A stretch of 63,206 nucleotides of DNA, filler included, from Kipferlia bialata (GCA_003568945.1; 5 parts of 5 records of this genome joined end to end with filler, not necessarily neighbours in it); one strand, 5' to 3'; shown: positions 13,123 to 28,100, counted from the whole stretch's first letter. Notes: generated by a model not told the origin, from the letters alone. Translations and numbers: made by a program.

Positions 13123-16100
13123 GTATATTGTTTCTATATATCTGACCATAGGCTCTGGGAGGCCCAGACCCCCCTTAGACAGTTCAAGGACGAGGTGTCC
13201 CCAGACCTGCTCAGGAGGCTGGACTCTAAGAACATCCCCTGGCTCAGGTACAATTATCCCTGGATATATATCTAAATATATATGTTCTCACTATGTGTAG
13301 TTACTATCCTGCTCACCCACTCACTCTCCAGATACCTTGCCCTCTCTGAGGAGCACGTCGGAGACATTGTCAGAGAGCCCCAGCAGGGAGAGTACCTCCA
13401 CAACCTCATCCACTCCGTCCCAAGGTACACATACGCACAAATTCACGTGTTTGTTTTTATGTAATCCCCCTTACCCCCCTAGGTTTGAGCTTGAGGCCTC
13501 TGTGCAGCCTGTGACCTCCTCCCTCCTGGCCGTGACTGTCAACATCGAGCCACTCTTCAGGTATATTAATCAGAGCTTCTCTCTCAATATGTGTGTATGA
13601 ATACATGTGTATGTATCTATACACCCCCCTCACTATTAGGTGGCAGAAGAGGTTCCACGGGTTCATCCTGCCAGTCCACATCATGGCTGTGTCATCCACA
13701 GGACACCAGGTATATATATATATACATATGTATATAAATATATATATATATTCTTTCCTCGTCATACCTCTCTCCTCCCCCCTCACCTGAAGGTCCTGCA
13801 CTCTGAGATGCTGCGTCTCACCCGTGCCTCCTGCAAGGTGGCACACACAGTGGACTTCCTCGTGTCCCTCCAGGTATATATAGCTGCACACATAATATAT
13901 TTATGTATTCATTTATTGTGTTGTATGATGTCCCTCACCCCAGGGCTCCAAGTCCTCTGCCCCCCCTAGCCACGTGTACATCCACGCAGTGGCAGACGGC
14001 TGGCTCGGATCACACACAAAGGTATATTGATATACATTTGCACAATCATATTCATGACGTTTCCAGATTTCTTCTTTTCTCTCTCTCTGTGTCTCTACTC
14101 ACTCCCAGGTGTCTGTGATGCTGGGCGACTCTGTCACCATGCCCTCCAAGTTCCCCATGCCCTCTGCTCTGTCCGACGAGGCACCAGGTATACACCCACA
14201 CTATATCGCACCCCTAGTTATTTGTGGATATGTATAATTATATGGTTATATGTGTATATACCCTGACCCCCAGTGCCTGTGCCTGAGGACCTCAGGGAGG
14301 TCATCCACAAGGACAAGAGGACACACGCCAAGGACAAGATCGATGGTGAGTGTATGTGTACATGTATATAGATATAGATACTATTAGTATGCGTACAAAT
14401 ATGAATATTCTTATATAGTTGGTGTGTGTGTTCTCACCCCAGTGGCTGACGAGGTCATCAACGCCTACCTCCCACCCTCCTCCCTGGTGACTGTCGGCAC
14501 AGAGACTACACTCTCTCCCACAATGTCTGAGGTATAGTAGTGTATACATATTAGTATGAATGTTTGGATGTATTCCTTCTTGCTCATTACCAGGTCTTTG
14601 ATGCCCTCTGCATGGCCCCACATCCATATCGTATATTGTATATATAGTGTAGTGTAGTGGAGTATATTGTAATAATCTCTTACCCCCTAGGCCTTTGATG
14701 CCATCTACATGGCCCCCAACCTTAACTCTCTCTCTCTCTATGAAGTCATAAAGTATCTGTCCATTCCTTCTCCTCATTTCCAATGCCAGGCCTTCGACGC
14801 CATCTACATGGCCCCCAACCTGCCCTCTGTCGGCTACTTTGGCCCAGACAATGCCACCACTGTGCTCAACCTCGCCCTGCTCAGGCACTTCAACAGCCAC
14901 GAGCTCGAGAGGTATGGATACATTGTATATAATATGTATTGTATATATTACGTGTATCTCTACATGGCACTGCTCAGGCACTTCAACAGTCACGAGTTGG
15001 AGAGGTACGCATATAGTAGAGTATATATTGATATTGATCAGTTATACTCTCTTTCCTTCCCCTATTTCCCTCTCTGACGTCCAGGCAGGGTGACCGTTCC
15101 ACCGTCATCTACCTCACTGCATCCCAGGTATGGAGTGTTCACATTCACAAACACTTGCAGTAATTCTTGCATGTTATATATCATGAGTCTTACATAGTAT
15201 GTATATATTATTAATGTATATGTCTCACCCTCAGGATGCTGCCGAGGCCAGGTTCAGGTCCCTGTCCGTGCTGGCAGAGAAGGTATATACTATACATACA
15301 TGTATACATTCTGGTGTTATAAACACAATATAGAAAGTGTATATATGTATATATATATATATATATGTATATATACCCACCCCAGGTTGCCCAGGTGACA
15401 GACAATGCCACCCACTGTGCACCCAATGTGGTGCTGCTCACAGGGGACGTGGTGGCTGACACTAGGTACAGTGTATATATTGATAGATGTATATCCATAG
15501 ATTATTTCATATTTGTGCAGGTAGTATTATTCTGTCTCTTCCTTCCCTCACCCCCTAGGCTCATCTCTGGGTCTGATGTTGTGGCTGTCTGTGGACCCAG
15601 GGAGTACGACGTGCTCTGCAGAAGGTATAGAATACATATATGATCCATGTATTCTATGTCATCTCTTATTGTTGAGTATGTATATTGATAGTATTAATGA
15701 TGACGGCCTCTACATTCATTACCCTCACCCCCAGGTGGCAGTCCTCCAAGGCCGTGCGTAACATTGGCCTCCTCCTGGTCGAGGATGTGCATCTGGTGGG
15801 GGCACCCAACGGAGACGTGCTCGAGACAGCACTCTCTAGGACTAGGTATGTATATATATATATCAGTATGTATATATATAGTGTATATACATACTCCACG
15901 GAGACGTGCTCGAGACAGCCCTGTCTAGGACAAGGTATGGAGTATTACATACATGTCTATCACTTAGAATGAGTTGAATCGTGTATGCTTACCCCCTCAG
16001 GTACCTGTCCCAGCAGCTTGCCGCTGCTGCCAAGGAGAACCCCCAGGCAGACTGTGCAGTGGCCACTATCAGGTATGGTTGTATATATATGTATGTATGT

Positions 16101-18268
16101 ATGTATTTATAGAGAGAGAGAGAGAGAGAGAGTGAGATGAACTCTGGCTTGCTGTACTGTGGCCACTATCAGGTATATAGTATATCAACATGCATATACA
16201 GTATAACATATGCATACTTATATATATAGATGAAAAGGTACTCTGGCTAGACTGTGCTGTGGCCACAATCAGGTATGGATATATATATAAGTAGTGGTAC
16301 GAGAATACCCATGAATTAGTATTCATTTGTATCCCCTCACCCCCAGGATGGTTGTGGCCGGTGTCCCCGTGGCCAATGCCCACGACATTGCCAACTGGCT
16401 AGGTGCGCCTCGCTATCTCACTGTACACTGTCGCTATTTGTATATATTTGTGTATCTCCCTTTCCTTCCTTCCAGCCCCCAGACATCAGGACCAAGTCCA
16501 AGCTATCATATGTATATATGTACCCTTACCCCCCAGGCATCAGGACCAAGTCCAAGCTATCATATGTATATTTGTACCCTTACCCCCTAGGCATCAGGAC
16601 CAAGTCCAAGGACAGGAAGAAGGCTGCCCTCTTTGCATTCCCCCCAGACAAGAGGATGCAGGAGACAATCACAAAGTGAGTGGGTATTCAGAGTCTCTCT
16701 CTCTATGTGTATTATTGTATTGAATAATGGTGTATCTCCTCACTCCAGCCCCATCCTCCCAGGCAGTCTGGCTGCCAGGCTCTCGTCCCTGTCAAGGGCT
16801 GTGTTCAAGGTACAGTGCTGATATGTATATATATTGGTATGGCAATATATTGATATCGTCAGTGTGTTTATAATATGTCTATTATGTCTGTCTCACCCTC
16901 CAGGAGACTGTGATTGTGACCAAGCGCAGCAAGAGGACCAAGGAGACCACCAACCAGAGGGCCCTGGTCCTGGTGCCCAACATGACTCAGGTACTGGATA
17001 TGTATATATATATATATAGTGTATATTCCACTGTCAAGGGTAGTGTGTTAGGACTACTATATACAACTATCTCACCCCCAGGGCCGTTCTCTGATTGAGG
17101 ACATGCTGGAGCTCTCCCTGTCCTACCTGAGTGAGGCAGACAGGGACAGCAGCAAGCTGTACTGCGGATGGGAGGTATTTACATATGATATATATTTTAC
17201 ATATTGTATATATGTGTATTGTATATATATGTATATATACACTCACCCCCAGGATGCCAAGGTTGATGCCGCCCTCTCCGCTGCCAATGTCAGCAGGGAC
17301 CACCCAGAGCTCAAGTACCTCTCCCAGGGTGCTGTCACTATCACACCAGCCACAGGTACACAGAGTTCTCTCTCTCTCTCTCTCTCTCTGTCTATATATT
17401 TATATATATATGTATATATGTCTCTATATTCTCTTCATGTCGTTGACCCCCAGACCTGTCTCTGGTCGAGGTCATTCTGGAGCTCTACTCCCTCGGGGCA
17501 TTCAAGCTGCTCGTGGTTCCCATGGAGGTATGGAGTATCACTTGCACGCATTCTGACACTAACAGAATTTTGTATCTTTCTATCATGTTTGGCAAGCGGT
17601 TCCTGTCTCTCTTGGCAATACAGTTTGAATACCTTTCCTTCCACTTAGCTTGTTACGTCCCATACATTTCTAAACTCCAGGACAAGCGCCTCCTGCCCTC
17701 CCTGGACACTGCCCAGTGCCGGGCAGACATTGTGGTCATCCACGACGCAAGGGTCTTCGATGCCCAGGTGGGTTCAATATGTACCTCACAACCACATATA
17801 TATATTGAGTAGTTATATGTCAATTTCATGTTGTCTTCTGACCCTTTAGGAGCAGAGGTTTGTCCCCCTGCGTGTGGCTGACATCCTGGACATCAGGCGG
17901 AGGACACTCGCCGGTGGAAGGTACATGATATATTAATATATATAGAAGGGCATGCTCTCACTCTTCTACTTGCCCGCTCTCTCTCTCCCTCACCTCCAGG
18001 TTCATCATCCACTGCGACCAGTCCCGTATCGAGTACTACAACAGATTCCTCTTCTCCCCCCTGCCCATCGAGTCCAGCCTCGCATACTCCGTGGTACGGA
18101 CTCTATGTGTCTATAGCCCCGTCAAACGACACATTTCATATATATCCTTTTCTCTCCTTCATTCCTCACCCTTCAGTCTGAGTTCCTGAACGAGGCCATT
18201 GCCAACAAGAGTGTCTCATGCCTCAGCGATGCACTCAACCACCTGTCCTGGACACTGCTCTACCAGAG
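10305..18268 (+). CDS. BRR2: U5 snRNP 200-kDa Ski2-like RNA helicase Brr2, internal fragment (RecA2, WH and Sec63 of the N-cassette, plus most of the C-cassette), about 40 exons
   Basis: Spliced translation: [198 protein letters not shown]. The ERVPIP and FAM-ADMVY motifs favour Brr2 over ASCC3. Confidence 0.93.
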
Positions 18269-18389
18269 GTACTACCTGCCTCTGTCTCTCTCTCTCTGTA
18301 TGTCTCTCTGTGTGTGTGTATAAGTACATTCCTAACCCCAGGCTGTCCCAGAACCCCAACTACTTTATCTCTCTCTCTATCTATCTATA

Positions 18390-18489
18390 NNNNNNNNNNN
18401 NNNNNNNNNNNNNNNNNNNNNNNNNNNNNNNNNTTAATTAATTAANNNNNNNNNNNNNNNNNNNNNNNNNNNNNNNNNNNNNNNNNNNN
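18390..18489. other. artificial contig linker
   Basis: N44-TTAATTAATTAA-N44. Confidence 0.98.
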
Positions 18490-18717
18490 GATGGATAGGG
18501 GGATTAAAAACCCCCCCCCCCCCCCCCCCACACACACATGCATATATATAGGAGATTTTGTTTGCTATATATATATATATATATGCCCATGTCCAAGGTC
18601 AGTGCGGTGGGCAGTGACTCAGAGGTACATTATATATATTTATACATACACGTATATATGAATTGTTCCTGTACTCCCATATTCATATGTCAATGTATGC
18701 CAATTGTCTCACTCCAG

Positions 18718-19956
18718 GCTGGCAGCAGTAGCAATACCTCAGGGAGTGGAGAGGGAGATGAGGAGAGTGAAGGGGAGAGTGGCAGTGGGGACATACAAGA
18801 GGGAGAGAGAGAGAGAGAGGACAGCAGCAGTGAGGAGAGTGGTGAGCAGAGTGACTCTGAGAGTGAGGGGGACTCTGTGCTGGAGGTGGTCAGCTCAGAT
18901 GATGGAGAAGATAAGGTATATATACATGTATATATCTATATATCTATATATGTATATATATTGTCTACTCAGCTGAGGACTCGGTCCTGGAGGTGGTCAG
19001 CTCAGATGATGGAGAAGATAAGGTGCTTATATATATATATATATATATTTCTATATATGTGTAAATATTGTCTACATTGCTGGGGACTCTGTGCTAGAGG
19101 TGGTCAGCTCAGATGACGGAGAAGATAAGGTAATTGGCCTACTCATTTGTATTTGTATGTATATGTATAGCAATACGTATGAATTCTGTGCTAGAGGTGG
19201 TCAGCTCAGACGATGGGGAGGATAAGGTAATTGGCCTACTCATTTGTATTTATACGTATATGTATAGCAATACGTATGAATTCTGCCTTCTGTGCTGGAG
19301 GTGGTCAGCTCAGATGATGGAGAAGATAAGGTATTACTATATATATATATATATATACCGATACGTATGTATAATGACTCTGTGCTAGAAGTGGTCAGTT
19401 CAGACGACAGGGAGGATAAGGTATACGAACCTATATATATATAGATTCTTTTATATGTAGAGACATATATATATATATATATATATATATTACTTTCTAC
19501 CTAGGTGTATAATGAGGGTGACTCTGTATTTAAAGTGGTGGGCTCAGACGACGGTGAGGACAACACATATATATACATTAACTCCTTAATTGAAACCTGT
19601 ATCTATGTATATATATACCCACCGCAGTAGTATCTCTAGGCGGATACGTCATTATACTGTATGGATACTATATATTCCACATATCTATACAATTTTTCCT
19701 GTTTTTTAACCTGTATGTATATATAGACTACAGTATCCACACCCCCACCCCAGTCTGAGTCTGAGGATGCCCAGACCAGGAATACTCTGCCATATATACA
19801 CATATTAATACTAGTGTATAGGAGTATATACTTGTACTTCTCTATATATCTATATACACACCCACCCCAGTCTGAGTCTGAGGAGGCCCAGGCCAGGAAG
19901 AGACTGAAGTGGGCAGAGACCACAGAGAGACCGTGGCAGGTCCCGAGGTTGGTAGT

Positions 19957-19990
<34 letters not shown>

Positions 19991-22900
19991 TTATGGGTAT
20001 ATATATATATGTATATTTAGTATTATGGGTATACACATGTATATGTGGGCAGAGACCACAGAGAGACCCTGGCAGGTCCCAAGGTGAGTGGTGTGAATAT
20101 TTCATACAACGATATAAGTATATATATACAATAGACTATAAATTAATATTGTATCATCCCTAACCCCAGGATGCTTGTCAACCGGTACCACATCCCATCC
20201 AGTGCGGTGAGTCATGGCATATATTGATATATTGATGTATACTTATATATATATTGCTGTGCATCCCTAACATTCTCTTACGTATATATATATATATAGA
20301 GAGAGTATACCGATGAACAGTGCTTATGTTACTGGCTAATTCTCAGAACCATGTCTCTCTCTCCTTTTCCTACATTCTTTATATACAAGTGAATTAGAGA
20401 GTGTGTATTATATTATTAGTATGTATTAGTATATATACATTGCTGCTAATGTTCAGGACTGTGCCTCTCTCTACTTCTCTTTTGGGGAGCACTATATTAT
20501 CAATAGTATTCATCAATATATATGTATGTCTTCCTGATATCAGGACTGTGCCTCTCTCTCCTAGTCATGCATACAATATATATACCTATATGTTCTATAT
20601 TGGTAATATTTTCCTCCTCATTGCAGGACTGTGCATCTCTCTCCTCTGGTAGGATGAGTTTCATAAACCTGTATTGCATATGCATGGTACCATGCTTCTT
20701 GATAGTACTAATGTTCAGGACTGTGCCTCTCTCTCCTTCTCTGGTGATGAGGATACTATACGTGTAGTATTCTACAGGTTATATCATGGTATGTATATAT
20801 ATGTCTATCTCTCACATCAGGACTGTGCCTCTCTCTCCTTCTCTGGTGATGAGCACAGAGACCTCAAGCTAGCCATTGAGATGAGGGCACTCTGCCCAGA
20901 TGATAGGTGGATTTATATATGTAGTTGTCAAGTGTATATATATCATATATATACATATACATGTATATGTATGAATATACATGAATTTCTAGTCTATTGA
21001 GATGAGGGCACTCTGCCCAGATGACAGGTGGGGCAGACACTTGTATAGACATACAGTTATCAAATGGAATATTAATCGAGTAGTCTGGTGTTACTATTCA
21101 TCTATTGAGATGAGGGCACTCTGCCCAGACGACAGGTGGGAAGAGTATATTTGAAGTATAGTGTATGTATAATTCCATATACCATATGTATACTAGTGCA
21201 CTGGTATTTCAGGTGGTCTCTATAGAGATACGGCCACTCTGCCCAGATGACAGGATCCATGGGGTAATAGATATATATATATATATGGATATATATATAT
21301 GGATCATATATATATCCAGACACTTCACAGTATTCTGGTGTTACTATTCATCTATTGAGATGAGGGCACTCTGCTCAGATGACCAGTGGGAGGAGTATAC
21401 TATTATATGTTTATGTCTGTTGACTGATATATGTTATACTTTGATCTGCCCCTCTCCTCCTTCTTCCCAGCATTCGAACAGAACTTTGTATCTGTCATTG
21501 TCTATATCACCTGTATTGTCCGATTTTTAGTTCTTCTCTCGTTCTCTAATACTCTCTCCCCCCAGACAGATGGTGCGTATCCACCCCAACATTGTGAGGA
21601 AGAAGGGTACCATGGACCCGCTGAAGCTGCTCGAGAAGGTAAATGTGTGGCAACGAGCGAAGTGTTATATAATCTTGAGTACTTTCAATACAGTGCTATT
21701 TACTGTACTGTAGAATTATACTGATGCTGAAGGTGCTCGAGAAGGCAGAAGTGTATGGCCATTATTTCATCCCTTATGCATAGATATAGAGTCACGTAAA
21801 TACCATGCTCACCCCCAGTACACCCGAGGCACTGATCAGTAACCTTTCGTTCTTTCAGTCTATTATTATATTGTACTCAATCAATATATACCCTCACCAC
21901 TCACCATCCAGTACACCCGAGGCACAGACCAATACCGCACCCTGGAGACACACCCCAACACAGCAGTGGGAGGGTATGTACCAATTAGTATATATGCACT
22001 ATATATATCGTAGTGTGGATTCTTCTGTGTGTCAGAGATTGTCAAGGTTCTCCTAGTGTTATATCTCTATATCTATACTCACACCAGCTTCTTCGACCCC
22101 GTCTGTGTCAGACCCAACCCACAGTACACGACAGAGGTAAGTATATTGATATATTGTTACAGTGTTATATAGCTGCACTGTTGTTGTGAGAGAGACTAAA
22201 CGCAGACGGCAGTATGTGTTACTCTTACCCTTCCAGGACCCAACTCCGAGCACTCTCCCCTCAGTATACATGTATGCGTTCAACATATGCTTTATTATCT
22301 ATACTTATCATGCATCATGTGTCTATCCCACACCCCAGGACCCCACCTCCAAGCCCTCTCTCCTCAGTGTATATATACGTATATGTTTTTCTATACTGCA
22401 TGATCCATATATACTTGATTCACTCATCATAGGACCCCACCTCTGAGCCCTCCCTGCATGTCCCCAAGATGAACACATGGGTCAAGGGGCCACTGGTGGT
22501 CACATTCAGAGAGGTAAATATGTAGTACACATGCAAATTTGTATATATTATTACTTGTGTGTGTATTACTATCCACCTTTTACAGACAGGCCGAGGAGGG
22601 AGGGACTGATAAGTAATTTTCATATATACGCTAGTGTATACGCTTGTATACTGTGTATTGCTACACCCTTGACACCAGGCTGAGGAGGGAGAGATTGAGC
22701 CCGAGTGTCGGTTAGAGGACACGGACAGTGAGGTATCCTGACTGTATCAGTATCATCATGATATATACTACATTCTTCATTTTTCATATTTTATCAATAT
22801 TACTAGAAGACACGGACAGTGAGGTATCCTGACAATATAGTTATATACTCCTGGGCTAACTCCTCGTCTGAATTCCATACGTTCTTTTGATTTCTCACCT

Positions 22901-25068
22901 ACTGACTGTCTAACCCCAGACGCTGCCCCCCCTGTCTGATAGTGACTCGAACATAATTATTGACGCGCAATGCTACTCATATATTGTATTACATTGAAAA
23001 TTGACTCTAACCCCAGATGCTGGCCCCCCTGTCTGAGAGTGAGGAGGAGGAGTCCCCAGACACTGGCAGTGCCACCACTGCCAGAGTGCCATCGACACCC
23101 AAGGTATAGTGGAGATGTATCTATATATATACACAGTATGTGTATATCCACCTCCCGTCTGACCCCATATTAGTATCAGTAAATGAATTATATATATGTA
23201 TATATCAATTGCCTCTGACTCCTCAGGGCAAGAGACAGAAGGGTGCTGCCACGCCAAAGGTACCACACATTCACTCGTGTTGTATCTGGTCGGTTCTAGG
23301 ATAAGTTAGATTGTTAGTATACTTGTGAATGAGTGGAAACTGTCATCACTGTTACAATTGTAATTATGTGTTCAACTTCTGTATATATCATACCTTCACC
23401 CCCCAGGGTTACTCCCAGGGTCACAAGGCCAAGCTCAGCAAGTCTCTCGCGGTGAGTGATGTAAACTATATGACTCAAGTCTTGATATAGTGGATTTGAC
23501 TGACTACTCATGTATTCATAAATAGTGATATGTATAACAATATAATGCACACCCCTCATCCTCAGAACCTGCTCCATTCAGACAGGCCTAGGAGAGCGCT
23601 GCCCAAGGTATGCTGTACTATAGTGCGGTGGTATCCAAACGCACACATTTCACTGTATCTCCACTTTCCAGAGACATGGAGAGTGTTCACAGTTTCAATC
23701 ATTACACAGTGAGACTACCCTGCATATATCCTGACCCCAGGTTGACTATGAATATACTATATCGTTGATACTTTACTATAGGTATAGTAATTGCTCTATA
23801 CATATAGTCACTGGCTACTCATCATTATGATAACTGACCCCAGGTTGACTATGAGACTATGTGGTGGGTGTCAGAATAATAATATATATATACATCACTT
23901 CTGCAGTGAAACTACCCTGCATATATACTCTGCTGTTTCTGACCCAGGTTGACTATGAGCGCAAGGACGTCAAGCCAGTCATTCCCCACCCTGTCACTCA
24001 CCAGACTGCTGATGTCAAACCAGTCCTCGAGACACTGGAGAGCGCTAGGTATATTTATCTGTGTCAGTATATATATATTCATATACATATATGTATCCAC
24101 ATACATAGTGTATCTCTTTAGTGTAATGTCAAGCCAGTGGTAGAGTCACTGGAGAGTGCTAGGTAGATGATTTCAATACACCTGATTTTCGATAACTATT
24201 CTATTACCACTGCTCTCCCACCCCTCAGGGCCAGACACTGTTGATGTTGTGTATTACAAGAGTATACATCTATATGTACATTTTTCTCTCTCACCCTGCA
24301 GGGCCAGGCAGGTAGTGGAGATGGAGAACGTATATTTGTACATGTATATATATGTATATATATATTGTATATTACCACTGCTCTCTCATCCCTCAGGGCC
24401 CGACAGGTTGTGGGCAAGGGCAGGGACCTCACCAGGGGGAGGCTGCCATGCATACCCAACACACAGTCTAGGTATGGCTATGCATCTATGTATGCATAGT
24501 ATGTGTTCAGAGAACTGTTACATACACACTCACTCCTATCATATTATACTCATTATACATTCATCTGAGGCTGCCATGCATACCCAACACACAGTCTAGG
24601 TAGTGAGAATCATATTAAGAATATTGAGATAATAATACTATGATATGTTCAAGTGTATATATACTGCGAGACAGTCAAGGTGTGTGGATATAGCTGTGTC
24701 TATATACCTACCATAAGACGTGGTCACATATACAGTTTCTTACTCAGGTACCTCACCCCAATGTCAAGGACAGGTCTTGTGAGATATATGTATATGCCCT
24801 TCATATACGTTAGACTCTCTGGTTCTCTTTAAGTATCTCTCGTGACATGTGTATACACGCCTCACCCCAGGGTTAAGGACTGTGTATAGTATATGCCTTG
24901 TGTATATATGTGTATATGCATGAGTATACATGTACGCCTCACCCTCCAGGGGCAATGACAGGACCAGTGTAGGGTATCTCTCTCTCTCTATGTATATACA
25001 TATATTGATGTATGTATATATATACATATCTTCTGACCCCAGGGCCAAGGACAGGGCCAGTGTATTGT

Positions 25069-25101
<33 letters not shown>

Positions 25102-28100
25102 CATATATATATACATATCTATATACATATCCTAACCCCAGGGCCAAGGACAGGGCCAGAGAGGACCAGGAGAGACTGCAGCCCAGGAACCCCAGGAGAC
25201 CCAAGGAGCCGTTCCTGGAGGTACGTGTGTAGTGGACTTGTATTACCGTAAGACACTCAGTGCGCGAAGTATACGCCTCTATCTTGGGTATGTAAGTTTC
25301 AACAAGTGTGGGATGTTAATTGTATTAGTAATATTGTATCATTGTTTGTATTCTTTTCCTATATGTGTTGGTTCTAACCCCTTAGCTCCTGACCAACCCC
25401 TGTCCTGCCATAGACGCCAAGGTCACGGGGAGGGCAGCAAGGTGTGAGATCATAGTATTCTCAGTGTAACTACTGGTATCAGTGATGTGACTGTTGGTAG
25501 TGTATACGTTGACCCCAGACTGACCTTGGATGCAGTAGTGTATGTCTACATATATATACCTAACCCCAGACTGACCTCCACCCAGATGGCCAGGATCCAT
25601 CTCTATGCATGTCTGGCGTCCTCAGAGATACTCTACAAGGCATGATTTTATTGTCTCTTAACATGTAGTTCAAGTGACCGACCTAGGCATGAGCACATAT
25701 CCAGTGGGTGTTTGCCAGTTGTGATATACTGACTGACACCCAGATTCTGTACTGCTTCTTCAAGGACTCCACCGGTGAGCACAGCATCATACCACAGGGA
25801 CAGTCCTATCTGGGGGTGGACGAGGTAATGACAACTGTCGTCTTTTCTACACTTACTGTCAAATGGCGCTTGACGAGGTGTTATTTCTCTTCTTACTTCT
25901 TAAGAGTCAATAGTCACTAGTTGTTCTTCGTGTATATCCCTATCTCACCCCTAGAAGACCGAGAGGGAAAGGGAGCAGCTGCACGAGCGTACGTGCTATG
26001 AGATGCACCTAGTCTCTATGGCCATGTCCCTGGCCTGCATAGTTACACGCTCAGGTATATAGATATATATCTTACGCGGGTATCTTGACATATGGGTGAT
26101 ACTTTATATATACAGTATTCTCACCCCCAGCCTGTGTGAGTGAGGCACGGCTAGACTCTGCCGATGCCCTCAACCACCCTTTAGTCATAGCCGTGGCATC
26201 GGCCCTATTCGCCATAGACGAGGTGTGTACATACACACGTATATATCAATATCTATATGCATTATATATATACTACCCCCTGGTCATAGCAGTGGCATCG
26301 GCCCTATTTGCCATTGACGAGGTATATATGCACACACACATATATATATATATATATCTATATGCATTATATATATGCTACCCCCTGGTCATAGCAGTGA
26401 CATCGGCCCTATTCGCCATAGATGAGGTGTGTTGGTTTATGTTGATATATAATGTATAATGAATATGAGTTGAGTTGAAGGTGCATTTGCCACTCTTTGC
26501 CATATATGAGGTACTACTAGCCTGCCACTAAATATCATCAATTCTACACTATTCATGTTCGAGGCCACTCAGTATCTCTCTATATATCATATGGTAATGT
26601 CTTGTTGCATCTAATATCTATTCTAACACCCCAGGTCCGTGTTGTCAACACCTCCAATGAGGCCAACCGACAGCTGGAGATAGACCTAGTAGAATACATG
26701 GCAGACTACGTGCTGGAGCACCAGTACCTCTTCACAACATTCGGATGGCCAAAGTGAGTTTGATGTGTTCTTGAGGACAATGACCAATTGTCGTTCTCAG
26801 CAAATGTATGATAGTTAGTGCATTCTAACTCAGGCTCAATCTGCACAAGTACAGGGAGAGATATGTCCGGCGGACAGGGGATGAGGTGAGTGCCTTCTTC
26901 TCACGTGTTTCCACCCTACGGGTGTGAGGAATCAATCCTATTACACTCTTCAACACTGGTTGGGAGTCCCTTCCATGGTTACAGTCATTATTGTTGTTAT
27001 ATTAGGTATAATACTTACCCAGGGTGTATTGCAGCACTCCGACCTGCAGACTGTCAGACTGGTCCTGGATGAGAGGTGTGGATACACATGTATATATGTG
27101 AAGAATATTGATTCTTCAGTTCCTATCCTACGGACACTGTGCTGTATACACATCTAATCACCAGATACAACGAGATGAATGTCAAGTATGAGACCGAGAC
27201 CATCCCTAAAGAGAACCTCGCTGAGTACAAGACTGCCATCAGCTACGACTCAGTGTACAGGACAGTCTACCAGATCCATGGTGCGGCATTCTTCTGGGAC
27301 ATTGCATTACTAGTCAGTTCTCCAATTCTCGTGTTCATTCATCGTCTGCGCCATTCTATCATGCTGTACAGAGTGAGATATTCTTAGTGTGATCTGAATA
27401 GTATCCAGGCCACTCACCCCAGGCGTCAGCAAGAATGACGCACAGATATTTGCGGCCTCTGTCATGGGTAAGGAGTGCCTGTGTTGCCAACCTTCAACAC
27501 TGAGGAATTATGGTTGTTGCTGCTCATGCCTGTGACAACATTCTCTGTCGAGACTAGATAGTGAACTATCCTCTAAATGTATACATTGCCCCCTAACCCC
27601 CAGCCACCCTCCCCGCTGTCTGCTGTCTCACACCCATTGCCAACCTACCAGCCAGGTACGGACTTGGAATAGTGCGTCAACGTTTCCTTGTCTCTGACTT
27701 CTTGATTTGTTGAATGTCTATCTGCTGTAATCTTACCCCTCAGACGCACTTCTGAACTGTTGCCTGGCATCATGTGCTTTGTCCTCTGTGCCCTGAAGCA
27801 GTACGCAAGGGGGCAGGTACCTATACACTTTATTATGGGTAGCTATCCTTGTGAGTGTGTTAGTGTTCACTTGCAATCACCGGTTAACACCCAGGTTGCT
27901 GCCTGGGAGAGAGAGAACACCGATGAGCTGAGTATCAGTCTGGATGGATGTCCAGAATTCACATACCCGATGCTGGACTCAATCAAGAGGGTGGGTTGGG
28001 TATTCTATACTTACTGAATTGATTGGTCTTCTAAAAGATAGTCCTCTCTGGGAACTTGGACATATGTATCTGACCCCAGTCTCTCTATTCCAACCTTGTC

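Noticed and set aside
18343..18365. Final Brr2 'exon' LSQNPNY
   Set aside because: It runs into (CT)n with no donor, so it is most likely an upstream echo of an exon lying beyond the contig end. Excluded from the CDS span.
18871..19563. Echoes as conventional mutually exclusive exons
   Set aside because: Copies carry only one splice site and only part of the exon, and they encode the same peptide, so ordinary cassette splicing does not explain them.
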